The position numbers and the translations under genes were made by a program. Positions 61,632-64,000 of a stretch of 64,000 bases of DNA are shown piece after piece. The notes beneath the pieces were generated by a model. It saw nothing but the letters and a program-made list of their open reading frames with translations. It made no database searches and had not been told where the DNA came from. Source of the stretch: Azolla caroliniana (taxonomy: Eukaryota; Plantae; Polypodiophyta); assembly GCA_043228905.1 (NCBI GenBank), contig JBHGNT010000001.1:35712001-35776000 (forward strand), in the 5' to 3' direction. Each line of letters opens with the position of its first letter. Positions within the stretch are counted from its first letter, which is position 1.

Positions 61632-64000
61632 CTAGATGAACTTCATGCCAGCTATCCGAACATGCCTCGAAACCAGGTACTGTATCAAAGCATAAATTAT
61701 GCCCAATAATGACAAGGCCCGAATCGTTGTGAGATCTGTAATAAAGACAGAGGGAAGGTTGAGCGGAGTGACCAGTAAAAGCCACATATCTGGTTGCTTC
61801 AAGCTGTCCCACATGAAGCGGTTGAAGAGGGCGTGGTTAGGTATAGTCAAGAGCAGCAACCCCACATTTTTCACGAGAAAAAAGATGCCTGGGCCTCCAT
61901 TTTCTAGCCCCCATGAACCACTCTGATGGCTGATCCATATCTCCTCCCACAGTTTGTATACAGCAGCACAGACTAAATAAACCGAGATAACCACAGTAAC
62001 CGGGAAGTAGCGTTGTCGATCTCCAAATCCAGTTAGCATGCTTGAATCTTGGTTAAGTAAGAGTAAGATTGGAGCTAAAAAGAAAATGGCTTGAGTTGAA
62101 CCCCCAGTAAACTTGGAATTTAAGATAAGGCATAGCACAAAGCAAAGACACGTGGATATGTTCCCAATAGCTGGCATCCATGAGCCTTCGGCAGTTAGCT
62201 TTTTGACTGTCAAGGATGCTGTGAATGAGGAACGTTGTTGAAGAAGTCTGTGTTTTGGAGCGAAACCTGAACTACTCGGTTGAATCCAGTTTCTTCCTTT
62301 CTCCATCACCTTCTCTTTCAATAATGATGCAAGTTCATACTTTATCTGCAATGCAATCACCATAAATATGCTTGCATATATACCCAACAATGAAGCTCTT
62401 GAGCCTTCCACCGCTAATAATGCCACCAAGTTCTCATCATCTTCATAATCGTTAACTGCCACTCGACTGATCCTTGATTGCCCCTCAACGAAATACATAA
62501 CAGGCAATAGAGCCACAAGTAAAGCAAATATCCACGGCATGTAGCTTGGGCTAGATGCTGAAGGAAGGTGAGTAAACACTAAGAAAGCAGTGAAGCATAC
62601 TGAGGCTGCAACAAATAGTGCGTGCAGGATAGGAACTTGCATGAAATATTGAGTACAGACATATACACCAAGAGAGAGACCAACCCCTACAGCATATAGG
62701 AGTCGGAGCTCAACAATATACTGCACAGGTATAGCTGAGGTAAATGCTGCCAGTGATGTGACAATAGTTAGCAATAGAAGCCACAACGGCCATCCAGGCT
62801 TCTGGTCATTAAGACCGTATATTGTCATATCATCAACTAGATGTCGAGGCATGTGATATGAATCCCACCAAAATGTCCACTTTTGTGGAACAGGTGGCTG
62901 TAGGTAGATTAGGCAAATCCCCATTGCAGCCACCAACACAAGGGCTCTTTTGGCAGCCTGCAAACATTTTGACATAAGAAAAACAAATAGAAAATAGTAA
63001 AGACCTCAAAAATCAAAGAATAAATAAGCTCTGAAGAGAGTACAATCAAGAAAATAGTAAAGACCTCAAGATCAAAGAATAAATAAGCTCTGAAGACAGT
63101 AAATCAAAGAATAAACAGGATCTGAAGGCAGTAAAATCTTAAACCAAGATTCAATCTGCATTTACAGACCTGTACATGTGAGAAATGATATGTTACGATG
63201 GGCGTACTTCCAACCGCACAAGCAAGAATGAGCGATCCAAGGATGAGGCCATCTGAAGGAGGAGTACCCATAGCCCATTGCAAACATTCAAAAAGTGTGT
63301 ACCTACACACCCACACTGCTATACACACGGCACTTGCATGAGCAAAAGCTTGCCATGGTTTCATTCGTGAGCTTCCTTTTGATTTGTCCCTAGATATAAA
63401 CATAGCTCAAATCACTTCAGTTACAAAACACAAACTGATTGAAGAATAGGTAAGAGAGCAAACCCCAAAACCTGTCAGTAAGACCTACTTGTACAGTAGA
63501 AATGGTGGGCACACTGCAAACAGCAGAACAGTTGTTTCCCACAAAACATGTTGCGTCGATAGGAAAAGAACCGACAGCTTGGCAGAATAAAGACATGTCA
63601 AAACACAGCTTGTTAAGGAGTGGATACGGTTTTCTGCCAACAGTCGATGCACTAAGAGCAAGCCAATTGCTGTAGTGAGGATAACCATGTAGCTTGGATA
63701 AACAACGTCCTCTTCAAATCCCACAAAGTAGTTGTTCGAATAATTATGAAGCCTACTCTCCAGTTGGCCAACAAGGGCGGCATGACCTATAAGACCCACA
63801 TCTGCTAGCAAACAAACCTTTGAAGGAAGAAGCAGCAGTCCTGGAACAGCAAGGGCTAGTGCTCCACTGCCTATAAGAAGTTTGCAAATACTCTTCAACA
63901 TTACCCCTCCCAACCATACATTCAGAAACCAGAAGTTGTGCACAATAAACCAGGCGAAAGGCACACTAGCTGTGGTGGCAAAAATGAAGTATGACGACAG
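61632..64000 (-). CDS. NEF1: NO EXINE FORMATION 1-like polytopic membrane protein; 3' part only, the gene continues beyond the window
   Basis: EEDVVYPSYMV, KSKGSSRMKPWQ, LFMxIALxIKYEL-like segment, EGSWMPAIGN, LAPILLLLNQDS...GFGDRQRYFPV, end ...IAGMKFI*. Exons: 64000-63489, 63389-63170, 62957-61632. Confidence 0.88.

Overview
Land-plant nuclear DNA, probably a non-flowering vascular plant such as a fern (inferred). It holds six intron-containing genes: a UND/U-box/ARM E3 ligase (-), a secreted X8/CBM43 protein (+), SDHAF2 (-), a NERD-like PHD-SWIB-Plus3-GYF-CCCH protein (+) with one GC-AG and one U12 AT-AC intron, a BPP/At1g27850-like protein ending in a CaaX motif (-), and the 3' part of NEF1 (-). 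There are also decayed LINE, LTR and MITE remnants and many short tandem duplications. The most striking region is 6772-13288, a Gag-only LTR retroelement with a tRNA-Trp PBS and a 4-bp TSD. Nested in it is a very young 1.48-kb LTR element with identical 419-bp LTRs and a CTCGC TSD. The nested element has no polypurine tract. Instead, a tRNA-Arg-type primer-binding site sits next to each LTR, one on each strand and both facing outward, suggesting that tRNA may prime both cDNA strands. All tRNA and protein identifications are from recall, not database searches.
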